From assembly GCA_030612025.1 (NCBI GenBank), contig JAUWOR010000005.1:32001-96000 (forward strand): a stretch of DNA of 64,000 bases, written 5' to 3'. Below, one piece after another: positions 45,396 to 56,571 of this stretch. This stretch comes from Dehalococcoidia bacterium (GTDB taxonomy: Bacteria > Chloroflexota > Dehalococcoidia > GIF9 > AB-539-J10). Within the stretch, counting starts at the first letter, position 1, and each line of letters opens with the position of its first letter. A program made the translations under genes and the position numbers. The notes below the pieces were generated by a model. It worked only from the letters and a program-made list of their open reading frames with translations. It did not search any database and was not told the DNA's origin.

Positions 45396-46594
45396 TACGT
45401 TGAATAAGCGCTATTTATAGTAACATACTCCTCAGATAGGTCACAGCCCCAAGCAGTAGTCTTGGCCTCTCCTAAGTTTAGACATACTTTGATAATCACG
45501 CTATCACTGTTGCTCAAGGCTATTTTCATTTCTTCCTTGTTGAAGGGTGCGGAGCAACCTTGCTTCATGACGCAAGTGTCGTTCAAATAGACATCCAGTT
45601 TGTCTTCTATTAGCTCTATCCCACTTCTTCCTAGAGCAGCAACAATGCGCCCCCAATTAGGGTCATTACCATGTATGGCTGCTTTCACCAGCGGCGAGCT
45701 AACAATAGTTCGAACTGCCTGGCGAGCTTCAGCCTGCTGTATAGCTCCTTCCACGGTAACTTCTATAAGCTTGGTTGCCCCTTCGCCATCTCGAGCGATC
45801 GACTTAGCCAAATAAGTGCAAACCTCATCCAAGGCCTCTTGGAAAGCTCCACCATTGCCAAAGCTGATGATTTTATTACCAGCCAAACCGTTAGCTAGTA
45901 AAAATGCACAATCGCTGGGACTGGTGTCACCATCAATGCTAATCATGTTAAAAGAGGTATCTACTGCGTCCTGCAGTGATGATTGTAAAAAGTCGGCATT
46001 TATTAAAGCATCAGTGGCTATGAAGCAGAGCATAGTAGCCAGATTAGGGTGGATCATGCCTGCCCCTTTAGCTACCCCAGCGATGATGAATTTACTTCCT
46101 TCCACATCAACCCTAACTGCTATTTCCTTAGGCCTGGTATCGGTAGTCATTATTGCCTTAGTAAAATCGTGACCTCCATCTTCATTAAGCTCTGTCTCTT
46201 TAATTCCATATCTTATACGATCCATAGGCAATGGTATCCCGGTTATGCCTGTGCTAGCTACAAGGACATCTTCAGCCTTGATAGCTAACTTTCTCGCTGT
46301 TAGGCTCGCCATTTCTGAGGCATCGGCTATGCCTTGCTCACCAAGGCAGGCATTGGCACATCCTGAATTTACCACGATTGCCTGTGCTTGTCTTCTTAAT
46401 AAATGTCTTTGGGATAGAATAACTGGTGCTGACTTAATCCGATTAGTGGTAAAGAAGCCGACAGCGATACAGGGCATCTCAGAGTAAAGAATGGCTAAAT
46501 CAAGCTCATCCTTGGTCTTTATCCCAGCGTGAATTGCTCCAGCTAGAAACCCTTTTGCTGAGGTAATAGTGCCTGAGGGAATTAACTCAAACAT
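45395..46594 (-). CDS. argJ: Bifunctional ornithine acetyltransferase
   Basis: NSGCANA, IMTTD, KGAGMIHPNLATML, DGEGATK, DPNWGR. Confidence 0.96.
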   Translation of the reverse strand: MFELIPSGTITSAKGFLAGAIHAGIKTKDELDLAILYSEMPCIAVGFFTTNRIKSAPVILSQRHLLRRQAQAIVVNSGCANACLGEQGIADASEMASLTARKLAIKAEDVLVASTGITGIPLPMDRIRYGIKETELNEDGGHDFTKAIMTTDTRPKEIAVRVDVEGSKFIIAGVAKGAGMIHPNLATMLCFIATDALINADFLQSSLQDAVDTSFNMISIDGDTSPSDCAFLLANGLAGNKIISFGNGGAFQEALDEVCTYLAKSIARDGEGATKLIEVTVEGAIQQAEARQAVRTIVSSPLVKAAIHGNDPNWGRIVAALGRSGIELIEDKLDVYLNDTCVMKQGCSAPFNKEEMKIALSNSDSVIIKVCLNLGEAKTTAWGCDLSEEYVTINSAYST

Positions 46595-46700
46595 AAAACC
46601 TTTGGCTATAAAAAGTTAATTAATACTATAGCACGTATTACTTTATCTATTCACTTTACCTTTTGGGGTTTGCGATGTAAAATCAATTTAAGGAGTAACT

Positions 46701-47447
46701 ATGTCGGGACATTCTAAGTGGTCACAGATTAAACGGCAGAAAGGGGTAGCTGATGCCAGGCGGGGGGAGTTATTTACCAAGCTTGCTCGGGAAATAATGG
46801 TGGCGGTGAGGCAGGGCGGGCCCAATTCAGAAAGCAATTTCCAGTTAAGGTTAGCAGTGCAGAAGGCCCGTGATAGTAACATGCCCCTGGAGAATATTGA
46901 CAGGGCTATAAAGCGTGCCAGCGGTGGAGTTGAGGCATCTGATTTAGCCGAGGTAACCCTTGAAGGCTACGGACCGAACAGCGTGGCGGTTTTGGTAGCA
47001 GCATTGACCAACAATCGTAACCGTACCATTCAGGATGTGCGTCGCCTTTTCACACGCCACGGTGGTAATCTGGGTGAGAGTGGCTGTGTCTCATGGCTCT
47101 TTGAAAGTAAAGGAGTAATTACTGTAGAAAGCGATGGCTCGGATGCTGAAGAAATAGCCTTGCAGGCTATCGATGTTGGAGCCGAAGATGTTAAGACGGA
47201 AAGGGGCTATATTGAAATCTACACTCAACCACAGGATTTGGAAAAGGTAAGAAAAGCCATTGAAGAGGGAAAACATATAATCTCTGCGGAGCTCTCCCTG
47301 ATACCTAAAACGACAATGTTATTGGATGAAAAGGAAGCAGCTCAGGCATTGAGCCTCCTCGACCATCTCGAGGAGCTAGACGATGTACAACATGTGTTCT
47401 CCAATGTTGACTTCTCTGATGCCACTCTAGAGAAGCTGCGCGGTTAG
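46701..47447 (+). CDS. yebC: YebC/PmpR family protein
   Basis: MSGHSKWSQIKRQKG, EGYGP, LEELDDVQ. Confidence 0.96.
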   Translation: MSGHSKWSQIKRQKGVADARRGELFTKLAREIMVAVRQGGPNSESNFQLRLAVQKARDSNMPLENIDRAIKRASGGVEASDLAEVTLEGYGPNSVAVLVAALTNNRNRTIQDVRRLFTRHGGNLGESGCVSWLFESKGVITVESDGSDAEEIALQAIDVGAEDVKTERGYIEIYTQPQDLEKVRKAIEEGKHIISAELSLIPKTTMLLDEKEAAQALSLLDHLEELDDVQHVFSNVDFSDATLEKLRG

Positions 47448-47454
47448 GCATAGC

Positions 47455-47955
47455 ATGCGCATTCTTGGCATTGACCCCGGGACTATAAAGTTAGGCTATA
47501 GTATAGTGGATGCTGAGGAAGAGACACAGGTGGTGGATTATGGGGTACTCAATTTCCCGCCTCGAATGCCTATAGAGGAAAGATTATGCTCTTTATATGT
47601 CGGATTAAGCGAAATTATTGCCAAGCATAGGCCAGACGAGGTAGCTATTGAAGAGCCTTTTATTGGTCGTAATGTACACTCAGCGTTGGCTATTGGCCGG
47701 GCAGAAGCTGTTGCCATTTTGGCAACAGCTAACCAAGGATTACCCATCCACTATTACTCACCAGCCCAGGTAAAGAAGCAGGTAACCGGCTACGGACGAA
47801 GCGATAAACAGCAAGTACAGGAAATGGTGAAAATCCAGCTTGGACTTCCTCAACTTCCTCAGCCCAGTGATGCTGCCGATGCCTTGGCTATAGCCATTTG
47901 CCATATTCAGCAGAGCCGCCTTAATCGGTGGCTCGCTAAACAGATATCGAAATGA
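47455..47955 (+). CDS. ruvC: Holliday junction resolvase
   Basis: ILGIDPG, VAIEE, VKKQVTGYG, DAADALAIA. Confidence 0.96.
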   Translation: MRILGIDPGTIKLGYSIVDAEEETQVVDYGVLNFPPRMPIEERLCSLYVGLSEIIAKHRPDEVAIEEPFIGRNVHSALAIGRAEAVAILATANQGLPIHYYSPAQVKKQVTGYGRSDKQQVQEMVKIQLGLPQLPQPSDAADALAIAICHIQQSRLNRWLAKQISK

Positions 47956-48536
47956 TAGCTATTCTAGAAGGGACGCTGGAATATCGGGGCGTTGACTCGG
48001 TCATCATCAATGTGGGTGGCATAGGCTTTCAGGTACATGTACCCGGCTCAACTTTAAGTCAACTGGGAGCCATCAACGATAAAGTCTCCCTTTATACTCA
48101 TCTCCACCTGAGAGAGGATAATGTCTCTCTCTATGGCTTTGCCTCTGAGGAAGAGCTAGCTTTGTTCAAGAACCTCATTTCTGTCTCAGGAATTGGCCCC
48201 AAGGCAGCTTTAGCGTTGCTGTCTGCTTTGAATCCTGAGCAACTTGCTATGGCTATCGCCAGCGGTAATGTGGATGTCATCAGCCAGGTGCCTGGCATTG
48301 GCAAAAAAATAGCCGGCCGCCTAGTTGTCGAACTTAAGGGTAAGCTAGAGAGGGAGTGGAAGAAGGGGGCAGTCTTGCCTTTAGCTGCAGAAAATACTGA
48401 TGCCATAGCTGCCTTAACTAACTTAGGCTATTCCCTAAGGGAAGCCATCCAGGCTGTCTCTAATCTCCCTGATTCTGCAGAACTGAGCCTGGAGGAGAAG
48501 GTTAAAATGGCACTACAACAATTGGCGGCAAAATGA
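47952..48536 (+). CDS. ruvA: Holliday junction branch migration protein A
   Basis: LYGF, VSGIGPKAAL, PGIGKK.A.RLVVELK. Confidence 0.96.
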   Translation: MIAILEGTLEYRGVDSVIINVGGIGFQVHVPGSTLSQLGAINDKVSLYTHLHLREDNVSLYGFASEEELALFKNLISVSGIGPKAALALLSALNPEQLAMAIASGNVDVISQVPGIGKKIAGRLVVELKGKLEREWKKGAVLPLAAENTDAIAALTNLGYSLREAIQAVSNLPDSAELSLEEKVKMALQQLAAK

Positions 48537-49390
48537 ACAGAGTGGCTGTGGTCACTGATAGCGTTGCCTCTCTGCCACAGGAAGTGATTGACAAATACAA
48601 TATTCATATCATTCCTGTGCGGCTCACAATTGAGGGCAAGGTCTATCGGGATACTGATGAAGACTTACCTCCAGAGATAGTTCACGAGTTTCAAAGACTG
48701 CCGCAGATTGATACAACTCCCTGGCCCCCAGAATTTTACTTTCAGGAATATGAGAAGCTGAGTCAGAAAGCAGATAACATAGTTCACGTTGTTTGCTTTT
48801 CTCAGTTTACCTCAACAATTTCCTTAGCCAAGGCAGGAGCAAAGATGGCACAAGAAGCTATACCCCATCTAAAGATAGAAGTATTTGATTCTGCAACAAC
48901 CACTATGGCTCAAGGCTTTATCGCCTTAGCAGCAGCTCGGGCTGCTGCCAATGGCAAAGATATAAATGGGGTAGTTGAAGCTGCCAATGCCATTAAATTG
49001 AAGGTAAATTCAATTTTCGCCTTTGATACTCTGAACTACTTAGCTAGGACAGGGCGCATCAATAAATTAGCTGCCTGGGCAAGCTCTTTGCTCAAAGTGA
49101 AGCCGCTCGTTGGCCTTTCCCAGGGCGAGGCACATCCTCTTTCCTTAGTTAGAAATCGGTCACAGGCTATTAGAAATATCGTCAAGACGATGCGTGGCAG
49201 TATCGAGTCTGAAAAGCCATTGCATGTGGCTATAATGGATGTTGAATGTCCCCACGAAGCAGAAGAGCTGGCAAATATGGTCAAAGAGCAATTTCAACCT
49301 GCTGAACTTTACATAACACAATTTACCTCTGTTATGCAAATTGTCGCTGGGCCAGATATACTAGGCGTTGCTTTTTATTGTGGTGAGTGA
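48533..49390 (+). CDS. DegV/FakB family protein
   Basis: VAVVTDS, FDS, YLARTGRI, LKVKP, GPDILG. Confidence 0.88.
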   Translation: MNRVAVVTDSVASLPQEVIDKYNIHIIPVRLTIEGKVYRDTDEDLPPEIVHEFQRLPQIDTTPWPPEFYFQEYEKLSQKADNIVHVVCFSQFTSTISLAKAGAKMAQEAIPHLKIEVFDSATTTMAQGFIALAAARAAANGKDINGVVEAANAIKLKVNSIFAFDTLNYLARTGRINKLAAWASSLLKVKPLVGLSQGEAHPLSLVRNRSQAIRNIVKTMRGSIESEKPLHVAIMDVECPHEAEELANMVKEQFQPAELYITQFTSVMQIVAGPDILGVAFYCGE

Positions 49391-49393
49391 AAT

Positions 49394-51388
49394 ATGCCTC
49401 GGTTTAAACTTACCTCTGATTTTCGTCTTACCGCTGATCAGCCACAGGCAGTAGATAAGCTGGTTAGTGGGCTGGAGAAAGGCTATCAACAGCAAACGCT
49501 GATTGGTGTCACTGGCAGCGGCAAGACCTTTACTATGGCTAATGTTATTGAGAGAGTGCAAAGACCAACTCTGGTTATTTGCCATAATAAAACCTTGGCT
49601 GCTCAGCTAGCCACGGAATTCAAGGAATTCTTCCCCAATAGTCCTGTGGGGTATTTTGTTAGTTATTATGACTACTATCAGCCAGAGGCTTATATTCCCG
49701 GTACTGATACCTATATTGAGAAGGAAACCGATATCAATGAAGAAATTGATAAGCTACGCCATGCAGCTACCAGAGCTCTCTTTGAGCGTCGGGATGTAAT
49801 TATAGTGGCTTCGGTCTCCTGTATTTATAGCTTGGGGCCACCTGAGGAATATCATGGCTTTGCAGTCACGGTAAAAAGGAACGGGAATTACAAGCGAGAT
49901 AAGCTGGTTCGCCGCCTTGTGGATATGCAATATGAGAGGAACGATTTTGAGCTCACCCGAGGTAAATTCCGTATCAGAGGTGACACCCTGGAAATCCAGC
50001 CAGCCTATGAGGAAACAGCCCTGAGAATCGAGTTCTGGGGGGATGAAATTGACCGCATTGTAGAGGTTGATCCCCTTACTGGCGAGTTACTGGCTCACCT
50101 TGAGCAAGTGGATATTTATCCTGCTAAGCACTTCGTTACTCCTTATGATAAGCTGATGGCGGCAATCGAAGATATCAAGGCTGAGCTAGAGCAAAGGCTA
50201 AAAGAGTTAAGGGCTGATGATAAGCTGCTGGAAGCTCAGCGGCTTGAGGCGCGGACTAACTATGATATCGAGATGCTTCAGGAAGTGGGTTATTGCACCG
50301 GGGTAGAAAATTACTCCCGACACCTTCAGCGGCGCGCTCCAGGAAGCACGCCATGGACTTTGCTGGATTATTTTCCCAGTGATTTTTTGATGTTCATCGA
50401 TGAATCACATATGACCCTACCTCAGATAAGAGGCATGTATCATGGCGACATCTCGCGGAAGCAAACTCTGGTTGATTATGGTTTTCGTCTTCCTTCAGCT
50501 TTAGATAACCGCCCACTGAATTTTGAGGAATTCGAGGAACGCATCAACCAGGTTATCTATGTTTCAGCTACCCCGAAACCATACGAATATGAGCATAGCC
50601 AACAGGTGGTTGAGCAACTAGTCCGACCTACCGGGCTGCTGGAGCCTAGCATAGAGGTCAAGCCAACTAAAGGGCAAATTGATGACCTCATTTATCAGAT
50701 AAAGACCCGGGTGGATAGAGGGGAACGTTGCTTGGTGACCACTTTGACCAAGAGGATGGCTGAGGAATTAAGTGACTACCTCAGGGAGATGGAAATAAAG
50801 ACTCACTATCTTCACTCTGAGGTTGAGACGCTGGAGAGGGTGGAGATTCTCCGTGATCTTCGTCTCGGCGTTTATGATGTGGTTGTGGGTATTAATTTGC
50901 TTCGTGAGGGGCTGGATTTGCCCGAGGTAAGTTTGGTAGCCATACTCGATGCCGATAAAGAAGGCTATCTCAGGTCAGAGGAAGCGCTTATCCAGACAAT
51001 GGGGCGGGCTGCCAGACATGTGAATGCTCATGCCATAATGTATGCTGACTCTATTACTACCTCCATGCATAAAGCGATAGAGGAAACCTCCCGCCGACGG
51101 AAGATTCAGGAAGCTTATAACAAGGAGCATGGTATAACCCCACAAGGGATTAAAAAGGCAATCAAGGACATAACTGAGCGAGTTCAAGCAGTGGCGGAAA
51201 CTCGAATCCCTTACATGGTCACCCCTATTTCCAGAGAAGAGATGCTTCGCCTCATCAAACAGCTTGAATCCCAGATGAAAGCAGCGGCTAAGAATCTAGA
51301 GTTTGAGAAGGCTGCTCTCATCCGTGACCGCATCATGGAATTAAGAAGGGACGAGGAATTGATCTCACCTCTAGCCAAACTCAGGTAA
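49394..51388 (+). CDS. uvrB: Excinuclease ABC subunit B
   Basis: [36 protein letters not shown]-terminal UVR coil. Confidence 0.98.
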   Translation: MPRFKLTSDFRLTADQPQAVDKLVSGLEKGYQQQTLIGVTGSGKTFTMANVIERVQRPTLVICHNKTLAAQLATEFKEFFPNSPVGYFVSYYDYYQPEAYIPGTDTYIEKETDINEEIDKLRHAATRALFERRDVIIVASVSCIYSLGPPEEYHGFAVTVKRNGNYKRDKLVRRLVDMQYERNDFELTRGKFRIRGDTLEIQPAYEETALRIEFWGDEIDRIVEVDPLTGELLAHLEQVDIYPAKHFVTPYDKLMAAIEDIKAELEQRLKELRADDKLLEAQRLEARTNYDIEMLQEVGYCTGVENYSRHLQRRAPGSTPWTLLDYFPSDFLMFIDESHMTLPQIRGMYHGDISRKQTLVDYGFRLPSALDNRPLNFEEFEERINQVIYVSATPKPYEYEHSQQVVEQLVRPTGLLEPSIEVKPTKGQIDDLIYQIKTRVDRGERCLVTTLTKRMAEELSDYLREMEIKTHYLHSEVETLERVEILRDLRLGVYDVVVGINLLREGLDLPEVSLVAILDADKEGYLRSEEALIQTMGRAARHVNAHAIMYADSITTSMHKAIEETSRRRKIQEAYNKEHGITPQGIKKAIKDITERVQAVAETRIPYMVTPISREEMLRLIKQLESQMKAAAKNLEFEKAALIRDRIMELRRDEELISPLAKLR

Positions 51389-51484
51389 ATTGATGGATAG
51401 CCCTCGAATCTTTGGTCTGGCTTTTCTATATAAGACACGCTGTAGTTGACCTCTTGACATATGAATTAAGCGTTACTAATAATT

Positions 51485-52078
51485 GTGATACCGATGGCAA
51501 GTAGTTTAAGTGAGGATGTAGAGAGATTGCGACAAGGCCTTGAGGGCTTGCCTTCACCTCAAGTAGAGCCTCCATTTGTTGTAGTTAGTGGCTTGCCGGG
51601 CACAGGCAAGTCTTTTTTCTGCTGTAAGTTAGCTGAGAGGCAACCTTTTATTATCTTGGCAAGTGATGTCTTGCGCAAAATCTTGTTTCCCTGCCCAATG
51701 TATGATAAGGATGAAAACAAGCAGTTTTTCCCTGCTTGCCATGCTCTTATTGAGGAGCTTCTAAAGAGGGGAATACCGATTATTTTTGATGCTACAAACC
51801 TATTGGAGAGGCATCGGGAACACCTCTATCATATTGCTGACAAGACGGGAGCGAAACTCATCCTGGTTGGTGTTGAAGCTCCTCCAGAGGTAGTGCGGCA
51901 ACGTCTTCTTGCACGGGAAAGGGGAGTGGACCCGCAAGATGACTCGCAAGCTGGCTGGGGTGTGTATCAGAAAATGAAACCCCGGAAGGAAAAGATTTCC
52001 CGTAATTATTTTGTCGTTGATACTTCACGAGATATCACTCCAGCAATCGATAAGATTGTGCGCCTAATAAAGAAATAA
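51485..52078 (+). CDS. P-loop kinase (AAA_33-like)
   Basis: VSGLPGTGKS, SDVLRK, IFDATN. Confidence 0.8.
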   Translation: MIPMASSLSEDVERLRQGLEGLPSPQVEPPFVVVSGLPGTGKSFFCCKLAERQPFIILASDVLRKILFPCPMYDKDENKQFFPACHALIEELLKRGIPIIFDATNLLERHREHLYHIADKTGAKLILVGVEAPPEVVRQRLLARERGVDPQDDSQAGWGVYQKMKPRKEKISRNYFVVDTSRDITPAIDKIVRLIKK

Positions 52079-52169
52079 ACAAATTTTTTCCCTCAACCCC
52101 TTCAATTCTTTGGCTAAAACGAGTAAAATTATATGTTTCGAAAAATTGTATATACCCTGAGGGATAAAT

Positions 52170-53663
52170 ATGGAAGTTAAAGTTATCGCTGGAGATATAA
52201 CCCAGATCGAGGCTGATGCCATTGTAGTGAATCTTTTTGAAGGAGTGGAGCAGCTTGGTGGTGCCACTGCTGCTGTAGATAAAGCTTTGGATGGGGGCGT
52301 AACTCGGCTCATTAGCAATGGCGAGATTAAGGGCAAGTTTGGGGAGGTTGGTATTATTCATACCCTTGGCAAGCTGCCAGCGGGAATAGTGGCTGTTGCT
52401 GGGCTAGGTAAGCGCCAGGATTTCACTCTGGATAAAGTTCGGGGAGTAGCGGGGGAGTTCTGCCGTTCTTTACGGAAGTTAAATTGTCATAGGATAGCCA
52501 CAATACTTCATGGTGCTGGCATTGGTGGCATTGAGCCTGAAGCTTCAGTTGAGGCAATAGTGGAAGGTAGCCTTCTCGGGCTCTATAGCTTCACCAGATA
52601 TAAGAAGCCTGAGTACGAGGGTGTTAAGGAAATACTGATAGTGGAAAGAGAAGTGGATAAACTTCCAGCCTTGGAGCGAGGTGTTCAAAAGGGGAAAGTA
52701 ATGGCGGAAGCTACCGCTCTGGCTCGTGATATGGTTAATGAGCCGGCTAATTGCATGACGCCCAGCCGTATGTCTGAAGTAGCTAAAGAAATAGCCAACG
52801 AGCATAACCTGGTATTTAATGTGCTTGACTCAAATGACATGGAGGCGATAGGCATGGGGGCACTTCTTGGTGTGGCAAAGGGAAGCAGCCAAGCCCCAAA
52901 GTTAATAACTCTCAGCTATAAAGGAGATGTAAGTTCTAAAAACGCCATTGGCTTTATCGGCAAGGGCGTTACCTTTGATTCCGGAGGGATTTCCATTAAG
53001 CCGTCGGAGGGCATGGGTGAGATGAAGGATGATATGGCTGGTGGGGCTGCAGTCATGGCGGCACTTAGTGCTATCGCTCAATTGAAACTAAAGATTAACG
53101 TTGCTGGTATCATCCCCGCTACTGAGAATTTACCCAGTGGCAGTGCCTTGAAGCCAGGAGATGTATTGAAGGCGATGAGTGGCAAGACTATAGAAGTTAT
53201 AAGCACTGATGCTGAAGGAAGGCTTATTTTAGCCGATGCCCTGAGCTATGCTGTGAAACAAGCTTTTTCTCCCCTGGTGGATGTGGCTACTTTAACAGGA
53301 GCCTGTCGCGTTGCCTTAGGTACTGGATATAGTGGCGTTTTTGGCAATGACCAAGAGCTAGTAGATAAAGTTCTTAAGGCTGGTAGCGAAGCTGGGGAGA
53401 AGTTGTGGCAATTGCCTATGCCTGAGGAATATAAGGAGCAAAATAAAAGTGAAATTGCTGATATTAAGAATACCGGTGATAAGTATGGGGGGGCTATCAC
53501 CGCCGCTCTTTTCTTAGCTGAATTTGTAGATAATACTCCTTGGGTTCATCTTGACATAGCAGGCACTGCCTCAAGCAGTAAGGAAAGTGGCTGCATAGTG
53601 AAAGGAGCTACTGGAGTAGGAGTCAGAACTTTGGTCGAATTAGCTTTATCACTAGCCAAGTAA
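52170..53663 (+). CDS. pepA: Leucyl aminopeptidase (M17)
   Basis: GKGVTFDSGG, MKDDMAG, STDAEGRL, ATLTGA. Confidence 0.96.
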   Translation: MEVKVIAGDITQIEADAIVVNLFEGVEQLGGATAAVDKALDGGVTRLISNGEIKGKFGEVGIIHTLGKLPAGIVAVAGLGKRQDFTLDKVRGVAGEFCRSLRKLNCHRIATILHGAGIGGIEPEASVEAIVEGSLLGLYSFTRYKKPEYEGVKEILIVEREVDKLPALERGVQKGKVMAEATALARDMVNEPANCMTPSRMSEVAKEIANEHNLVFNVLDSNDMEAIGMGALLGVAKGSSQAPKLITLSYKGDVSSKNAIGFIGKGVTFDSGGISIKPSEGMGEMKDDMAGGAAVMAALSAIAQLKLKINVAGIIPATENLPSGSALKPGDVLKAMSGKTIEVISTDAEGRLILADALSYAVKQAFSPLVDVATLTGACRVALGTGYSGVFGNDQELVDKVLKAGSEAGEKLWQLPMPEEYKEQNKSEIADIKNTGDKYGGAITAALFLAEFVDNTPWVHLDIAGTASSSKESGCIVKGATGVGVRTLVELALSLAK

Positions 53664-53749
53664 TGTTAGCTGTGAGTGGAGCGAAGCAAATTAAATAGGG
53701 TGATCCTCGCCCGCCCATCCCTTTATCTGGCGAGGTAGAGGAGGTTATT

Positions 53750-54397
53750 ATGATTATAAAGTGGTTAGGTCATGCTTGTTTTTTGATTACATCTGAGGAG
53801 GGGCTGAAGGTAATTACTGACCCCTATACCGTGGGCGGAAGTATTAATTATTCTCCTATTAGAGAAGTTGCTGATATTGTGGTGGTAAGCCATGGTCATG
53901 CTGATCACAATAATGTTTCAGCGGTGCGAGGAAAACCAGAGGTAGTTAAAGATAGCGGCACAAAAACTGCTAAAGGAGTTCAGTTTAGAGGCGTGGCTAC
54001 TTATCATGATACCGCTCAAGGTAAGCAAAGAGGAACCAACACCGTTTTTTGTTTTACCTTGGATGACATAAAACTCTGCCATTTGGGTGACTTAGGACAT
54101 TTGATTAGCCAAGGGCAAGTCAATGAAATTGGTGCCGTAGATATACTGTTTATTCCTGTAGGTGGCTTTTATACTATTGCTGCTGCTAATGCTAGCCAAG
54201 TATGTGATCAGCTAAAGTCGAAGGTAATAATCCCGATGCATTTTAAGACGCCTCAGTGTACTTATCCTATAGCCGGCGTTGATGATTTTCTCCGCGGTAA
54301 GGTGAATGTGGAAAAAATGGATTCTAGCGAGATTGAGTTTAAACTTGATGAGCTACCGGCGGTCACCCAGATTGTGGTCTTGAAGCCAGCTTTGTAA
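53750..54397 (+). CDS. Metallo-beta-lactamase fold hydrolase
   Basis: WLGHACF, SHGHADH, HLGD, IPMH. Confidence 0.88.
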   Translation: MIIKWLGHACFLITSEEGLKVITDPYTVGGSINYSPIREVADIVVVSHGHADHNNVSAVRGKPEVVKDSGTKTAKGVQFRGVATYHDTAQGKQRGTNTVFCFTLDDIKLCHLGDLGHLISQGQVNEIGAVDILFIPVGGFYTIAAANASQVCDQLKSKVIIPMHFKTPQCTYPIAGVDDFLRGKVNVEKMDSSEIEFKLDELPAVTQIVVLKPAL

Positions 54398-54477
54398 TTA
54401 ACAAAACAATGTTAGCTGCGAGTGAAGCGAAGCAATCATGGTGGGAGCATTGGGTAAATGGTCTATAGCTAAAAGTA

Positions 54478-55206
54478 ATGATTTTTAAAACCTCTGATTT
54501 TGTTTTTACACCTCCCCCACGGCTTTCCTGGGCAAGGCGCGTGTTAATCAAACCTTGCGCTGGTTACCCCTTGCCGTATCCGGTGACTACCAGCCCTGAA
54601 ATATTGAATATCATTATCGAGGGCATCAGGAAAGTCAGCGATGCTGATATCATCATTGCTGATGGGATTCCCGGTGGGGAGTCAATATATCCAATATACC
54701 AAGCTTTAGGATATAGTTTTCGCCATGTGCTTATGCTTGATGTCAGGGATTCCATTTTCTTGGAGATAGAGAATCCGCTGACCAAATTTTTTGCCACGCC
54801 TACTTTCTGGGTGCCTAATGCAGTCTTACGCAGCGACTTCTTGATCAGTGTGACTCCCTTTAAGGTTTGTGGCAATAGAGGTCGTTTTAGTATAGCAAAT
54901 CTGCTAGGTTTACTGCCAGTGAGTAAATATCGGATCGGTGAAGAAGGATGGGGCGCCTTGTGCGAATTAGGAATAGAGAGAGTGCTTGCTGATCTTTATT
55001 ACACTTTGCCCTTCGACTTGGGGATTATCGAAGCCCGTCAAAAGTTTTTCTATACTGATGATCCAAGGAAGGGGAGGATAGAGGAATGTGGCAAGATCCT
55101 TATTGGTGAACCGCATGAAGTTGATCGTGAAGCTGCACAATTGGCCCAGGTGGAGTGTGAGTACTTAAATCTGATTGACGAGAGTAGAAGTCAACTTGAG
55201 GATTAA
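54478..55206 (+). CDS. DUF362-like protein (divergent)
   Basis: RVLIKP..P.PVTTSP, SDFLISV; lacks the usual KPN and K.H residues. Confidence 0.6.
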   Translation: MIFKTSDFVFTPPPRLSWARRVLIKPCAGYPLPYPVTTSPEILNIIIEGIRKVSDADIIIADGIPGGESIYPIYQALGYSFRHVLMLDVRDSIFLEIENPLTKFFATPTFWVPNAVLRSDFLISVTPFKVCGNRGRFSIANLLGLLPVSKYRIGEEGWGALCELGIERVLADLYYTLPFDLGIIEARQKFFYTDDPRKGRIEECGKILIGEPHEVDREAAQLAQVECEYLNLIDESRSQLED

Positions 55207-55296
55207 GAAATGCAAAAAGCAAAAATACAGAGCAAAAATCAAAAAGTTTTGCATTTTGAGGCGTCATTTTGATTTTTGACCTTCGACTTTTAATTC
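55207..55296. repeat. Low-complexity heptad-like inverted repeat (CAAAAAT / ATTTTG) between convergent genes
   Basis: atgcaaaaagcaaaaatacagagcaaaaatcaaaaag..ttttgcattttg..attttgatttttgacc. Confidence 0.6.
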
Positions 55297-55305
55297 TCTG
55301 CTACG

Positions 55306-55590
55306 CTAGTATCTTATGCTAAAATCAGTGAACTCTCCTGAATAACCTGACCAAGCTACTTCCACCCTATTGACCCAAGCCCCTGGTGGGCCTATTTTAA
55401 GTTGCTCTATTAGTTTCTCTAGTTGCTGTTTATCTCCCTCGGCTTGAACTTCTACTGCATCGCCACTGGGTAGGTTGCGCACATAACCTTTTAGTCCCAA
55501 CTTTTTAGCTACATTCTTTACAAAATAGCGAAAAAAGACGCCTTGCACGCGACCATAAACTTTAGCTGAGAAACAAGCCATTTCCGCCAT
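55306..55590 (-). CDS. acyP: Acylphosphatase
   Basis: GRVQGVFFR, GYVRNL, GPPGA.V. Confidence 0.95.
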   Translation of the reverse strand: MAEMACFSAKVYGRVQGVFFRYFVKNVAKKLGLKGYVRNLPSGDAVEVQAEGDKQQLEKLIEQLKIGPPGAWVNRVEVAWSGYSGEFTDFSIRY

Positions 55591-55591
55591 T

Positions 55592-56566
55592 TTAAAATCT
55601 CACAATTATAGGTCTGGCTCTATCCAGCCGATTCAGCCCTGCTTGGTGAGCTAGCTCTACAGCCTCCTGAAATTCTGCTGTTGAAATTGGCCGTGCCAAA
55701 CTTGGGATCTCATAAGCTTTGTAACATGGGTGATATTGAGCCATGATGTTGCTGTAAGTATTTAAGGAAATTTGCTCACTAATGAAATTTACCACCTCTT
55801 TTGTTCCTGCTAATCCGTTGGGCAAGACCAGATGGCGCACTAAAAGCCCCCGTTGAGCTATTCCATCTTCGTCTATTTTTAGGTCGCCTACTTGGCGGCG
55901 CATTTCCTTAACTGCTGCCCTGTTTACCTGCGGGTAGTTTTCAATCCCTGATAGTTCTTTGGCAATGCTTTTATCGCTATACTTCATATCAGGCATATAA
56001 ATATCAACAATGCCGTCAAGGATGTTCAGGGTCTCCACTGAGTCATAGCCACCAGAGTTGTACACTAGGGGGAGGTGTAATCCTGACTCTACTGCTACCT
56101 CTAGCGCCTCTAATATTTGGGGGACTACATGTGTGGGCGATACCAGATTTATGTTGTGGCATCCTTGAGCTTGAAGGGAAAGCATCATGCAAGCTAACTC
56201 TTGCTTGTTCACCTTTTCGCCTTCGCCTAGCTGGCTTATGGAGTAATTTTGGCAGAAAAGGCATCTCAGATTGCAGTTAGTGAAAAAAATAGTACCTGAA
56301 CCACGCCTGCCCACCAGCGGTGCTTCCTCACCGAAGTGAGGTCCATAGCTGGATACTATGGCTTCGCTTGCTGTGCGACACCTTCCTACTTCACCCTCGA
56401 GGCGGTTGACACCACAGTGATGAGGGCAAAGATGGCAACTCTGTAATAGGGATTTAGCCGCCTCTATTCGTTCCTTCAGCTTGCCCCTGTGGAAAAGTTC
56501 CGTGTAAGCTGCCACACGTCCCTTGCCAGATAAAGGGTGGATGCAAGGAGGGCCTCCTTTTCCCAT
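55592..56566 (-). CDS. Radical SAM protein, PflX-like
   Basis: CHLCPHHCGVNR, HFGEE, CNLRCLFCQN, VRHLVLP. Confidence 0.9.
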   Translation of the reverse strand: MGKGGPPCIHPLSGKGRVAAYTELFHRGKLKERIEAAKSLLQSCHLCPHHCGVNRLEGEVGRCRTASEAIVSSYGPHFGEEAPLVGRRGSGTIFFTNCNLRCLFCQNYSISQLGEGEKVNKQELACMMLSLQAQGCHNINLVSPTHVVPQILEALEVAVESGLHLPLVYNSGGYDSVETLNILDGIVDIYMPDMKYSDKSIAKELSGIENYPQVNRAAVKEMRRQVGDLKIDEDGIAQRGLLVRHLVLPNGLAGTKEVVNFISEQISLNTYSNIMAQYHPCYKAYEIPSLARPISTAEFQEAVELAHQAGLNRLDRARPIIVRF

Positions 56567-56571
56567 TTCAT

